From: Eutreptiella sp. 'Long Island Sound 2002'
Lineage: Eukaryota > Protista > Euglenida
Direction: 5' to 3'
Assembly: GCA_964036045.1 (NCBI GenBank)
Contig: OZ038378.1
Location: 1,984,001 to 2,048,000, forward strand
Length of the DNA: 64,000 bases
Below the pieces are notes generated by a model. It did no database searches. It saw nothing but the letters and a program-made list of their open reading frames with translations, and was not told the DNA's origin. Position 1 is the first letter of the stretch, and each line of letters starts with the position of its first letter. Shown here in pieces: positions 13,172-24,701 of the stretch. The translations under genes and the position numbers were made by a program.

Positions 13172-14907
13172 TGTTTAGGTTGCAGGTCCACCGTGGATAA
13201 TGCACGCCCAGTGCGGGATGCTCAAGGGCTCTAGAATCCACGTGCAGATTTTTCCTCCACTGTTATCTACCGCAACCACAGCCATGCTACCAGGGTGGGT
13301 CTAGTGCATGGCATTTTGAATGACAATGCATGGTGGCTTTTAGTCCAATTGCCAACGCAAAGCATCCACCAATGTCCATCTCTTTATCTGTGTGCCACAG
13401 AATCGCCCGTGAAGGTGGACTATGTCTAGGTAGAAGGTCCGCCGTGGATAATCCACGTTCCACTGCGGGATGCTCGGGGGCTCTAGCGTCCACTTGCACA
13501 TTTTTCTTTCACTGCTGTCGACGTCAGCCATAGCCCTGCACCAGCGTGGGTACAGTGCATGGCATCTTGAATGACAATGCATGGTGGCTTTTGGTCCAAT
13601 CGCCAAGGCAAAACATCCACCCATGTCCATCCATGCAGCTTAGTGCTAGAGAGTTCCCCATTAGGCTGGATTTTTTCTAGGTAGCGGGTCCACCATCAAT
13701 AATCCATGTTCCACTGCACGACTTTCGGGGGCTGTAGAATCCAGGTGCAGATTTGTCCTTCACTGCTGTCTACCGCAGCCATAGCCGTGCTTCCGGGGTG
13801 GGTGTAGTGAATGGCATTTTGAATGACAATGTATGGTGGCTTTTGGTCCAATCCGCCATGCAAAACCTCCACCAATGTCCATCTCTACACCTTAGTGCCA
13901 CATAATCGCCTGTGAGGGTGGACTCTGTCTTGGTAGGAGGTCCACCGTGGATAATCCACGTTCCACTGCGGGATACTTGGGGGCTCTAGAATCCACGTGC
14001 AGATTTGGCTTTCACTGTTGTCTACCGCAACCATATCCGTGCTACCAGGGTGGGTGCAGTGCATGGCATTTTGAATAACAATGCATGCTGGCTTTTAGTC
14101 CAATCGCCAAGGCAAAACATCCACCAATGTTCATTTCTGCAGATTTGTGCCACAGAATCGCCTGTGAGGGTGCACTCTGTCTAGGTAGCAGGTCCACCAT
14201 GGACACTACATCTTCTGCTGCGGGTTGCTCGGGGACTCTAGAATCCACGTGCAGGTTTTTCCTTCATTGTTGTCCACCACAGCCATAGCCGTGCCACCAG
14301 GGTGGCTGCTGTGCATGGCATTTTGAATGACAATGCATGGTGGGTTTTGGTCCAAATACCAACGCAAAACATCCCCCAATGTCCATGTGTGCAGCATAGT
14401 ATCAGAGTGTCGCTTGTGAGGCTGGACTATGTCTAGGTAGGAGGTCCACGGCGGATAATCCACGTTGTGGGATGCTCCTGGGCGGTAGAATCCACATGCA
14501 GATTTTTCCTTCACCGTTGTCCACCGCAGCCATAGCCGTGCTACCGCGGTGGCTGTAGTGCATGGCATTTTGAGTGACAATGCATGCCGGATTTCGGTCC
14601 AATCGCCAAGGCAAAGCATGCACCAATGTACATCTCTATATCTTAGTGCCAGAGAGTTGCCTATGAGGCTGGATTATGTCTAGGTAACAAGTCCACCATG
14701 GATAATCCATGTTCCACTGCGGGGTTGTCGTGGGCTATAGAATCCATGTTCATATTTTTCCTTCACTGCTGACAACCGCAACCATAGCCGTGCTATCAGG
14801 TCAGGTGCAGTGCATGGCATTTTGAATGACAATGCATGGTGGCTTATGGTCCAATCGCCAAGGCAAACCATCCACCAATGACCCCCTGTGTGGCTTAGTG
14901 CCACAGA
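13172..14907. repeat. 252-bp satellite, block 2 (about 7 units)
   Basis: Anchors at about 13178, 13429, 13680, 13932, 14184, 14436 and 14683. Confidence 0.95.
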
Positions 14908-15826
14908 AGAACTGCAGCAATTATTTTGCAAATTAGAAGAGTAGGGCGCACTTCGCACCTGTGTGGCATACATGTTGACCACCATTTTTTGGCCCCATTT
15001 CCACACCCACATGTAAGTTGTAGCTGAAGATTTCATACTTGCCCTTGCCATAAGTGGTTCTGGGTGACGGGGGTTCATTGTAGCGACATCCATCCACATG
15101 ATTTTGGTCACTCTTGCAATGAACTCAAACATCCTTTGGATTTGTCCCCTGAGGTAGGTCTTCCTGATCTTGGTGCTCATCTATGCCAACACAACCAAAT
15201 GTTGTGTCACTGTGTTTAAAAACAACAGTCTTGCTGCGCAGTGGTCACTACAATTTTTTTAGGGTTTCTCAACTTTTGGTCTCATGCACAAAACGTCGGC
15301 AGAGAACGAAACCCAAGACTGAAATTAAGCATGGCTTTCGACACACATGTTGCAGCAGCAAAAACCCTCTGGATCGGTAGGCAATCACAAGCGTAAAAGA
15401 ATGCAGCCACATTGTATATTCATTCATGCAGTTAACATAGGCGACGGAAAAAAGAAAAGATGCAAATTCGTCACCAGAACGGTCACATAGTCATGTACTA
15501 CACAAACATTCTTGTACGCCAATACACTAGAAAAGAGCAGCAGGTTAGGTTTAGGATTAGCGGTCGGTTACTCAACCTCTACTGGTTCACCCGGCGCGAA
15601 ACACCTAATCCCAAAACCGTAAATTTCCCGGGCAATCCAACGTACACACCCAGCGGGTGGCTGTCTTCCAGAAGTACAGTGACAATGCTGCCATATCCTT
15701 ATTTTAGCAACGTCATATGTGACAACAAGACAAAACCAGCGATATGTAAAGTACGACTCATTTTTTGGATGGTGGTGACCATTAGTTATCTAATGGCCTC
15801 TAGCGTCCCGGATGCCAAATATGAGG

Positions 15827-16340
15827 TTAGCGCCGTTGTTGAAACTTCCCATCCTTTCCTTTCGGCAGTGCTTTCCTCTTCGGAGGGCGTCCACGTCCCC
15901 TTTTGACTTGCTGACGCTTGGGTTTGAATTGCACCTCTGCTTGCAAACCTGTGACGTCAATGTGTTAATCTGTACAACGCTGTTCTCATCAGAAACAAGT
16001 GTGGACCACAATCGTTGTGTTTACCAACACACCTTCAATCTGTCCACCACCAGCATAGTTATAGCTGATGGGTTCACCAGTTCGGATCACTCGTGTTTGC
16101 ACCAAATAGGCGAACAACAAGTCTTCAGATGGTGGTGTTTACTCACCATTCAGTACCGACCTTCAGGACAACCAGGAGAAAAAAAAAGAGAGGATTCAAA
16201 CGCACGAAATTCCCTCCCGTGGCATCATGGGTCGAGCAATAGTAGCGTAGCAGCAAGCATTCGTTCATACACAATGCTGACAACATATCACCCAATTTCC
16301 TCTTGCTTTGGAAAAGCCAATCGACATTTGGGGTCGGCTG
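15827..16340 (-). pseudogene. SET-domain relic with C-terminal AT-hook
   Basis: HDATGGNFVRLN resembles the SET motif DA..GN.ARF.NH. LVQTRVIRTGEPISYNY resembles ATRDI..GEELTYDY. It is followed by KRGRGRPPKRK (AT-hook core GRP). Several stops and a frameshift. Confidence 0.55.
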
Positions 16341-16754
16341 AGTTATGCTCCACAAGCCATGCAAGGCACGTACCAACGATTGGGGGCGTTGTGCATCCTC
16401 ACTGAAATACCACCCTCCCTCAACTTGTGGGTGCACGACTTTGAAACAGCCGTGGCCGCGAGGTCGTATAGCTCCCACCCACCAGGATGCCCCACACAAA
16501 CCACACCATGCAGGAGCTCCTCCTGGTGTCCCCCTGTCCCCTCTCATTTCCCAAAGGGGGGGAGGGTGCTGGGGGGCATCTTGGGGAGGGGGGCCTTAAG
16601 GAGGCGGCGTTTTTTTGCCTCCTCCCAAGGCCCCCGCATCTGCCCCAGCAGCACCTCTACCCTTTTGTGGTCGGCAGTAGCTGCTGCCTGCAGCTTTCCC
16701 TACCTAGTCTTCACCCCCTGCCCACCCTGCCTCCTCCCCCCCACCCCCACCCGC

Positions 16755-17358
16755 ACATCCTGCTCAGCCTTCTTAAACATTGGTCACACGTTGTTATCCG
16801 ATACCGATCGTCCCTGTTAATGGTTTGCAGAAGCTGATTCCAGCAATGGTTGCCACATAGACGGTAGTGTGTGACGCAGAGAAAGCCATACCATGCAACC
16901 CTCGTGCTGCTTCCAATGCGGCGGCTTCTGTGGGGAAAACGCAGCTTGTATGAGCCCCAAGCCCCAGTAGTTGTCGACCAGGGACCCGGTACTTCAACAT
17001 GCCATTCCGAAGTTGCGTACTATTCTGAGATCCATTGAATGGTTTGAGGAACACGCCCACTCCTGTGGAAAATAGACCACACCCAAAAATAGGTGTATGT
17101 GGCATTGACGGTTGACCAATGGCTAAAAGGGACTTGTTGCTGCACAGATAGCGCAAGCCCAAGCACAAACAGACTTCCACGTGTGTCTATCATGGAACAC
17201 AGCCCATTGATGCCGCGTACCAGCCGTCCACCTTTGTTTTCTGCAATCTGTTGCATGAGTAAATTGGTGCTGCGCTCCAGAGGCATGATGCTGTACGGCT
17301 GAAAGACGAGGGAGCAATTTGCAGCAAGGTGGGCAGTCAAGGCGTTGGTGCCCTGCAT
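16755..17358 (-). pseudogene. Disrupted ORF with C-terminal Cys/His finger (RING-like)
   Basis: One frame runs through a single TAG at 17022-17020 to LCVTHYRLCGNHCW...TCDQC. Confidence 0.35.
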
Positions 17359-17428
17359 ATGACATGGCTAAGTGCGATGTGTTGCGTAGTGGCGGGTTGT
17401 GTTATCTCGTGGTGTGATGTGGTGTTGT

Positions 17429-18540
17429 ATCTCTGCAGCTTAGTGCCGCAGAGTTGCCCGTGAGGCTGCACTTTGTCTAGGTCGCAAGTCTCCCGTGGAT
17501 AATCCACATTCCATTCCATGGTGCTCGGGGGCTCCAGAATCCACGTGCAGATCTATCCTTCACTGTTGTCTACCGCAGCCATAGCCGTGCTACAAGGGTG
17601 CGTGTAGTGCATGGCATTTTGAATTACAATGCATGGTGGGTTTGGTCCAATTGCCAAGGCAACACATCCACCAATGGACATCTCTGCAGCTTAGTGCGAG
17701 AGAGTCGCCCGTGAGGCTAGACTCTGACTAGGTAGCTCGTTCAGCGCAGATAATCCACGTTCCAGTGCAGGGTGCTCAGAGGCCGCAGAATCGCCGTGCA
17801 AATTTTTCCTTCACTGTTGACTGCCGTAGCCATTGCCCTGCTACCCAGCTGGGTGCAATGCATGAGCTTTTGATTGACACTGCATGGCGTGGTTTGGTCT
17901 AATCGCCCAGGCAAAACATCCACCAATAACCATTTTTGCAGCTTAGCGCGAGAGACGGGATATGCCAGAGTGATGCAAGGATGAAGTAGATCATTATGCG
18001 TACCGACCTCTGCTACCACGGGCGTGGAATTTGTACACTAATAGCGTTCATTTTGCTCCAAGTCGCAAGGTCCACCATGGATAATCCACATTGCACTCTA
18101 GGGTGCTCGGGGGCAGTAGAATCCCCGTACACATTTTTCCTTCACTTTTGACTACCACAGCCATCGCTGTGCTACCAGGATGGGTGCAGTGCATGGGATT
18201 TTGAATGATAGTGCGTGGTGGTTTTGGGCCAATCGCCAAGGCAAATCGTCCACCAATGTCCATCCCTGCCGCTTAGTGCCAATGAGTTGCCCATGAGACT
18301 CTGTCTAGGTAGCAAGTCCCCGTCGGATAATCCACATCCACACTCTGAGGTGCTCGGGGGCTCTCGAATCCACGTGCAGATATTTTCCTTTACAGTTGAC
18401 TACCCTAACCATAGCCCAGCTACCAGGGTGCGTGCAGGGCATGGCATTTTGAATGACAATGCGTCGTTGTTTTTGGTCCCATCGCAAGGGCAAAACCTCC
18501 ACCAATGTGTTCACGTGTCCACCCATGTCGTGAGAGCCAG
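17429..18540. repeat. 252-bp satellite, block 3 (about 4 more diverged units)
   Basis: Anchors at about 17480, 17731, 18060 and 18308, with an interruption of about 90 bp near 17960. Confidence 0.9.
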
Positions 18541-19511
18541 CGAATGAGTAGAGCGGACTCACTTGTCGCAAAGGTGTGTGAAAAGTGTGGTGTTTATCTC
18601 TACCTTGTGCACACCGCTACCTCCATTTTTTCTTCGCCCACCTTCGACTTTTTTCAATTGTTGCCCGTGTTGTCATGCACAAATGAAGAATCCGCCTTGA
18701 TGTGGAGTACTTCTTCGACACTCTTGAGGTGCATGGCTATGCACAAAATCAATACCTAGCAGGAGGAATTGCAATCATTTGAGTTGGTTAGTGAAGGGAG
18801 CATATGGAGGTTTGTGGCTCTTTTTGGATCTCTGCACCCCAGACTCCCCAAGCCAAGTGCCAAAACACAATGGTACGAAAGAAGAGGAAGGAGCGGAAAG
18901 AGTGAATGTCAATGTGTGAGCGGTAACCCAAGCAATCTGCCAGAGACAACCAATGTTGTTTATGAATTCTTTTCCGTGTTGATTGTGGCGGCAACAGTCC
19001 ACACGGACAGATATCAGCCAACTCATGTTTGGTGAACTCCTTGATTGATTGCAACATGGCATCCCTGTGGCCATACACATGACAGTCCATTGTCTGAGGG
19101 GAACAAGCAGGGGTGAAATGCACCACAGGAATTAATTCAGGCTTACATTCCCACAGTATTTTATGAATGACATGATTTCAATCAAATCAAATCAAATCAA
19201 AGAGAAAACCCGCCAAACGCATCCATTACGGTACAAGGCGGGGAAGGGTGGAAGCCAAACACCAAGGACTGCCGACTTCACGGTCCATGGTTCATGAATG
19301 ATACTATATAGTTGTCAATCGTCAATTGTGCATTTGAGCTTACAGCTACAGCTGAGAATACAATCTACAGCTAAGAATAGATAAAGACGTTCGTAGGAAG
19401 AAGGAGGACTCCCTGGACATCACAGTGTCTGATGACTGACGGGGGGAGGGATAAATTTCAGCAATGACAACATTCGTCCTTTGCATCAACGTACGACGAC
19501 AGCATGCTGAA

Positions 19512-19620
19512 ACACAATGTCAAGGGGGAGCAAAATCCAGACAATGTCAAAGGGGAGCAAAATCCAGACAATGTCAAAGGGGAGCAAAATCCAGACAATG
19601 TCAAAGGGGAGCAAAATCCA
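19512..19620 (+). repeat. 27-bp tandem repeat (DNVKGEQNP)
   Basis: Four copies of gacaatgtcaaaggggagcaaaatcca. Confidence 0.9.
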
Positions 19621-19630
19621 GCAACGTACA

Positions 19631-21245
19631 TCAACAGCTGCTGACAACATTCCCGGTTACCTGCTGAAATGTTACACAACGTTCACATCTAATCTGGTCG
19701 GATTTGGGAAAGAGGATATTGCACCGTGCACAGGCAGTCAGCATGCTTTTGATTGCCCTGATATTTTCCATTCGTGCATAACTACACTCGGTGGCACGAA
19801 GTTGACGCTCAACAAGTGCAATCAGATCCAGCATAAAATTGACTGTATAATCCACCTTGGTTGTACTGAACAGGGAACCACTTGTCAGTTGGGCAATTGC
19901 CCGACCGCTGGGTCGGTTGTAGCGGTACACAAGGCTGACATACAACGTGGCCAGGTGTGCAACTAGTCCATTGGTTACACGCTCCATCAAATTATCATTC
20001 GCGACGGCCTGCATGTGCCGTGTAAGTGTCTTGATGATCATTGCAAGCCGCTTGATGAAGCGCGCCACCTCCCTGTGTAATTGGCAAAAACCCAATGGCC
20101 TCGTATCAAACAGATCTAAAAGATTGCGAACACCAATTGGAAGTGTTTGCCCAATTGTTGTAGTACGTATGGTCCGTGTGCTGATAGCAATGAGCGTCTG
20201 CTTCACCAGACACAGCACTGTCAGCAAACTTGACCAGATTTGCTATTTGCTGAATATATGACAGCTGCAAAAGCAACAATCAACCCCTGGAATATCGTGG
20301 CCACAGAGAAAATCGGAAAGGATACCCAATAGCCTTAGCGGCCCATGTTGCACGCGATTGCGGGAGGATCCACAACAGGCTGTACAGCAGGTATGGGTAC
20401 CAGTAGAACATCGTACGAACCTGACAGACAACACAGTGATGCATAGATGGATGACAAAGGCATGGCGTCGCAACAGATTTAATGATGACAACAACCCTAA
20501 CCAAGTGGCAAGATATCTGGACACCTGTGTGCTGTGATAACTGTGACGTGTCTTGATGTCAATCGACTCCACACCAATTGGTGCATGTCAACCACTTCCG
20601 TGGACATAACACCACCTTGTACAACGTCTTCATTGAGGACATCTTTCATTGCGCATAACAGGGCCAATGCTCTTGTCATCACCGATCTGAATTGTTTGAT
20701 GTTGGGCAGTTGCTCGTTAGATGCAAATTCTGCATACACATCGCGCATGGCGTTGATCAGAGATTGTACTGACGGTTGGCGTGCTGTTGCTGTTGAGGGC
20801 ATTGAGCGTGCACGCTTTGTTGTTGCCTCACACGGAGCACATGACCTCCTTCTCTTTTTGTCCGATCCCGAATCCGAATCCCTCGCATCGAAATCCTCGT
20901 CACCCTCATCATCATCATGTTCAGCTTCATCACCACCACTTTCGTGTCCTTCACTGCTTCTGTCGCTTTTGTCTGAGTTGGAATGGTCGCATTGATCCAC
21001 GTCCACTTGCAGGTCACCGTGCAGGATGTCGGCGAGCAACTGCAACCGATCTGCCGATGTCATGTTAACTTGGGAAAAACCCTGTGCAATAAAAGCAACA
21101 TGACATATATGCAACAGACGAAAAAGCGGAAGAGGGATGATGGCGGTGGATGGTGGCCTGGTAACAATTACCCCCCCCCCCCCTTGTGACAACCCTCCCC
21201 CGTCCGAAGTTCCAGACGTGGCAAGCAGTTGGCCTCTTCTAACAT
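19631..21245 (-). pseudogene. Disrupted hypothetical protein: acidic tract, basic NLS-like motif, C-terminal CxxC...CxxC zinc ribbon
   Basis: Frame 20497-21294 (EHDDDEGDED, KKRRR) shifts into frame 20243-20572, which continues through TAG 20245-20243 into 19631-20227, ending CARC...CERC. Candidate 90-bp GT-AG intron at 21171-21082. Confidence 0.55.
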
Positions 21246-21341
21246 GTCTTGGTCGTGCTCTGGAGGCCGCTGAACTGCGACAGCGTATGTGCAATCGTTG
21301 ATGTGAAGGGTGTTAAAACACGTTTCCACAATAAATCAAAA

Positions 21342-22688
21342 ATGCAGTCATTGTGTAACGACATTTTACGTTGCATTTTGCAATACTGTGCACATAAAGC
21401 GAAGCTACGTCTCACCTGCCGCAAATCATACGACATACCCATCAACCACCTGTCACTTGCAATTGACAGGCTTGGTGTTGATGGATTACGAAACACACTC
21501 ATCAAGCATGACAGAATTTCACGGCTAACAATCAGGGTTGATTTATGGCACACAAATTCCACGACATGTGCCATACTTGTACGATCGGTGGCAGCAAATG
21601 CGAGCCATATGTTGGTTGCTGTCTATCTGCCACCACATATTGATTATGATGTCTCCATACAATGGCACACCTACATGTGTACTGGATTGCAGAGATTGAA
21701 CGTGGGGGCCAACTCACATTGCCATTTTCAACGTGAAAATTTGCGATGCTTGAACTTGCAGTACTTTGAGACCGGGTGTGATGTGCGTTGTCACGGTTTG
21801 ATACCCCTCCTGCCCTTACTGAGAATGAAAACCCTCATATTGGGGCCGTATACCATTCTGACAGAAACAATACCAATGCCAATGCAAAACTTCACAATTG
21901 ATGACCTGCATATAGGCAATTTTTGTTTGCTCAATCCCGTTTTCTGGCAACTTTGCAGTGGTATACGCAAAATGCACATTGGACTGCACGTGAATTTGCG
22001 TCGGTGTCTACACTACAACAGTGTCCGAAAATTGCAAAATCTTTCCTTGGCTGGTGCGAATGGTCTTGGCAGTGACGATTGGCAGTGTGTAATGAATGTG
22101 GCTCCATCACTGATGGAACTGCACATCGGGAGGGCATGCTCTAGGAGTAACCTCACTCACGTTTTGAATGCATGTACCAACTTGCAACTTTTGACCCTTG
22201 CAGATTACAATGAGGATTTGTTATCGGCACTTTCAAAAATGCATCAGACCCTACAAACACTGAGGCTTGGTGTATCCTGTGCACGTTTGGGTGCCATTGC
22301 TTACCACGTATCACTCACCCGTGTGCAATGTCTGCATCTGGACTATACCACATGCAATCTACTTTGGCGTTTGTTGCCACGAACGGGACAGAAACTGCAA
22401 TCCTTGATCATAGGCCCAAATAATCATATTGGAGGTCGTCATGGTGGCCTACGTGCCATTTGCGAACACTGTACATGTTTGCAACGACTGGTAATTAGTG
22501 GTGACAATGCCCTGACGGATTCCGATTGTCAGAAATTGATGAGTGCTCCGTTCACGGTGACACTACGGATTTTATGTATTAGTCGATCGCTACAGCATAT
22601 TACACCGTTTGGGTATGATGTTCTACATGCGGGGTTTCGGAATTTTTGTTGCCAACTTTACGACCCTTCTGCTGCTACAGGCTTGTAA
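21342..22688 (+). CDS. F-box-like / leucine-rich repeat protein, 448 aa, intronless
   Basis: ATG after ataaatcaaaa. N-terminal LCNDILRCILQYC...LRLTCRK resembles an F-box. Repeated LxxLxL units (LQNLSL, LMELHI, LQLLTL, LQTLRL, LQSLII, LQRLVI). Confidence 0.85.
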   Translation: MQSLCNDILRCILQYCAHKAKLRLTCRKSYDIPINHLSLAIDRLGVDGLRNTLIKHDRISRLTIRVDLWHTNSTTCAILVRSVAANASHMLVAVYLPPHIDYDVSIQWHTYMCTGLQRLNVGANSHCHFQRENLRCLNLQYFETGCDVRCHGLIPLLPLLRMKTLILGPYTILTETIPMPMQNFTIDDLHIGNFCLLNPVFWQLCSGIRKMHIGLHVNLRRCLHYNSVRKLQNLSLAGANGLGSDDWQCVMNVAPSLMELHIGRACSRSNLTHVLNACTNLQLLTLADYNEDLLSALSKMHQTLQTLRLGVSCARLGAIAYHVSLTRVQCLHLDYTTCNLLWRLLPRTGQKLQSLIIGPNNHIGGRHGGLRAICEHCTCLQRLVISGDNALTDSDCQKLMSAPFTVTLRILCISRSLQHITPFGYDVLHAGFRNFCCQLYDPSAATGL

Positions 22689-22809
22689 CGTGTTTGCTTT
22701 CTTTTGTCATGCCATGCATGCATTCCAAACAACGTGCAACGTGCAACATGAACGTGCCGCAACAGTAACAATTTCAGGCATTGATGATAGAGACCGGGTC
22801 TGAGACTGG

Positions 22810-23088
22810 GAGACTGGGTGGAGCAGCTGCAGAATGGATTCAGATGCCCAACGGACACGAGCTCACGCTCAAATGGGGTTCTCCCAATTAGTCATGCCAT
22901 GGAGCATGCACATTTGGGTCAGAATGCTTTGGATTCAGATGCCCCTCCAAATTGCCCAAGGGACTGGGTGGAGCAGCCGCAAAAATGGACAAAAATCACT
23001 TTGGATTCAGATGCCCAACGGACACGAGCTCAAGCTTAAATGGGGTTCTAGCAATTAGTCATGCCATGGAGCATGCACATTTGGGTAT
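22810..23088. repeat. Imperfect direct repeat, period about 150 bp
   Basis: actgggtggagcagc...ggattcagatgcccaacggacacgagctc...catgccatggagcatgcacatttgggt at 22813 and 22963. Confidence 0.85.
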
Positions 23089-23359
23089 ATATACTATATG
23101 TATATGCATGCGGGGGAGGCAAAAAAACCGGATGTGGTGGAATTGTTTCAACGTATTTGGACGGATTTGATGACGACCACATTGTTTTTCTGGGATCTGG
23201 GACCGACATAAGCTCCAGATTAAAGAGGGCGCCGTCCCTCAGAATCTGATAGTATTATGTCGCGTCCCGTGCTGAACGGGAACCTTCATCAGATTCACGC
23301 CTACGAGAAACACTGCGGCGTCCAGGTTCCACACTCATTTGTCGCTCCCGTTCCTGTCG

Positions 23360-23505
23360 TGGCCGGGGTTGTTGTCGCTCATCGCGTGGCTCATCGCGTG
23401 GCCGGGGTTCCTGTCGCTCATCGCGTGGCCGGGGTTCCTATCGCTCATTGCGTGGCCGGGGTCCCTGTCGCTCTTTGCGTGGCCGGGGTTCTTGTCGCTG
23501 TGGTC
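23360..23505. repeat. 27-bp tandem repeat inside a small ORF of ambiguous strand
   Basis: About 5 copies of gtggccggggttcctgtcgctcatcgc. Covered by ORFs 23257-23601 (+) and 23335-23637 (-). Confidence 0.85.
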
Positions 23506-23616
23506 GAGGCTCATCCCATTCATCGCGTTGGGGGGCGCGACTACTCGATCGCCACTGACTCCCACAACGGTAACTCTTGGACATGGATGATGCCTGTATA
23601 AAGAAAAAAACAGATA

Positions 23617-24132
23617 ATGCAGGCTCGTGGTAATCATGTCATCAATCTACTGACAATTCTACTTCTCATCATTCTGCAAATTGCATTTTATGTGCTTGTT
23701 GCATCCAAACAGTTGCAGCAGAACGTCACTGAAAAAGCGCACATAGCAACCAATTTGAGAAAACATTTGCAACAAAACAGTGGCAATGCTAAACTTCATC
23801 ATGTGCTGGATGTCAAAATGGCATATTGGCACCAAAAGGTGTCAAAACAGGCACACGCGGACAGAGATGAATTAATGAAACACAATCGAGAACTCTTGAG
23901 AAAATGGATGCTACCTGTGGTTGGTGGACTCCTTTGTGTCAAAGGTGTCTACATCCTGTATGCCATTGTCCACTCACGCTCCAACGGATACCACGTGCTT
24001 GGTGGGCCCAAAAAATTTGGGCTGTGTCTGTTGTTGCTCAGTTATACCACTGAAATACTTTTCTTTGTGTTAGTTGTGAGACGTCACATATATATTGCTG
24101 ACTCTGAGCTGTTGTTGGCCACTATGAAATAA
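23617..24132 (+). CDS. Hypothetical 3-TM membrane protein, giant-virus-like
   Basis: Intact 171-aa ORF with an A-rich leader and three hydrophobic helices, ending YTTEILFFVLVVRRHIYIADSEL. Separated from the next ATG by 2 nt. Confidence 0.75.
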   Translation: MQARGNHVINLLTILLLIILQIAFYVLVASKQLQQNVTEKAHIATNLRKHLQQNSGNAKLHHVLDVKMAYWHQKVSKQAHADRDELMKHNRELLRKWMLPVVGGLLCVKGVYILYAIVHSRSNGYHVLGGPKKFGLCLLLLSYTTEILFFVLVVRRHIYIADSELLLATMK

Positions 24133-24134
24133 AA

Positions 24135-24623
24135 ATGCCTGATCCCAAACTGATCCCGGTTTTGACAGTGCTTGGCGTAGCACTGACAATGGCGATTTTT
24201 GAGGTTATCTTCTTCTACCGTGTTGTTGCACCGGAAATTCAAAAGGGCAGCCATGCTATGCTGCAATCCATGGAGAAGATGGACGACCAATGGCAAACTT
24301 ACCTTGGTCCACTGCGAATCTTTGTGGGTGTGCTCCATGACCGCGAATTGCGGCTGATCCAGACACACAATAAATCCGGGAAGTATTTCAGTGCCTGTAT
24401 TATACTGGCTCTTGTTTCACTGACCTTATGTGTGTGTATTGCTGCACGTGCCCAGCTACGTGGGGAATGGACGGCAATAGTTCGCAATGTGGCATTTGTT
24501 TGTGGATGTTAGATTCTGTTCCAGATACTTTTCTACCAAATGGGCAAACGATGGCGATACAGCACGTCATTGATGACGCTGCACACATTGACACAAAACT
24601 ACATGCATCCAAATTCAGTTTGA
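24135..24623 (+). pseudogene. Second 3-TM membrane protein with an internal TAG
   Basis: The frame reads on through TAG 24510-24512 into ILFQILFYQMGKRWRYST, completing a third TM helix. Same architecture as the upstream gene. Confidence 0.7.
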
Positions 24624-24701
24624 AGTAGCGATTGTAAACGTTGTACATGGCCACATGACACAATGCATAGGACGTGCCCTGGTGCGTAATGGAAAAACAT
24701 A

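Noticed and set aside
15812-16405. 197-aa plus-strand ORF
   Set aside because: Probably the antisense shadow of the SET/AT-hook relic, which has the recognisable motifs.
8655-18540. Satellite as a CRISPR array or ribozyme/snoRNA/SL-RNA cluster
   Set aside because: There are no unique spacers; the whole unit repeats. I saw no hammerhead core (CTGATGA...GAAA), C/D boxes or 5S/SL sequence, and no cas genes.
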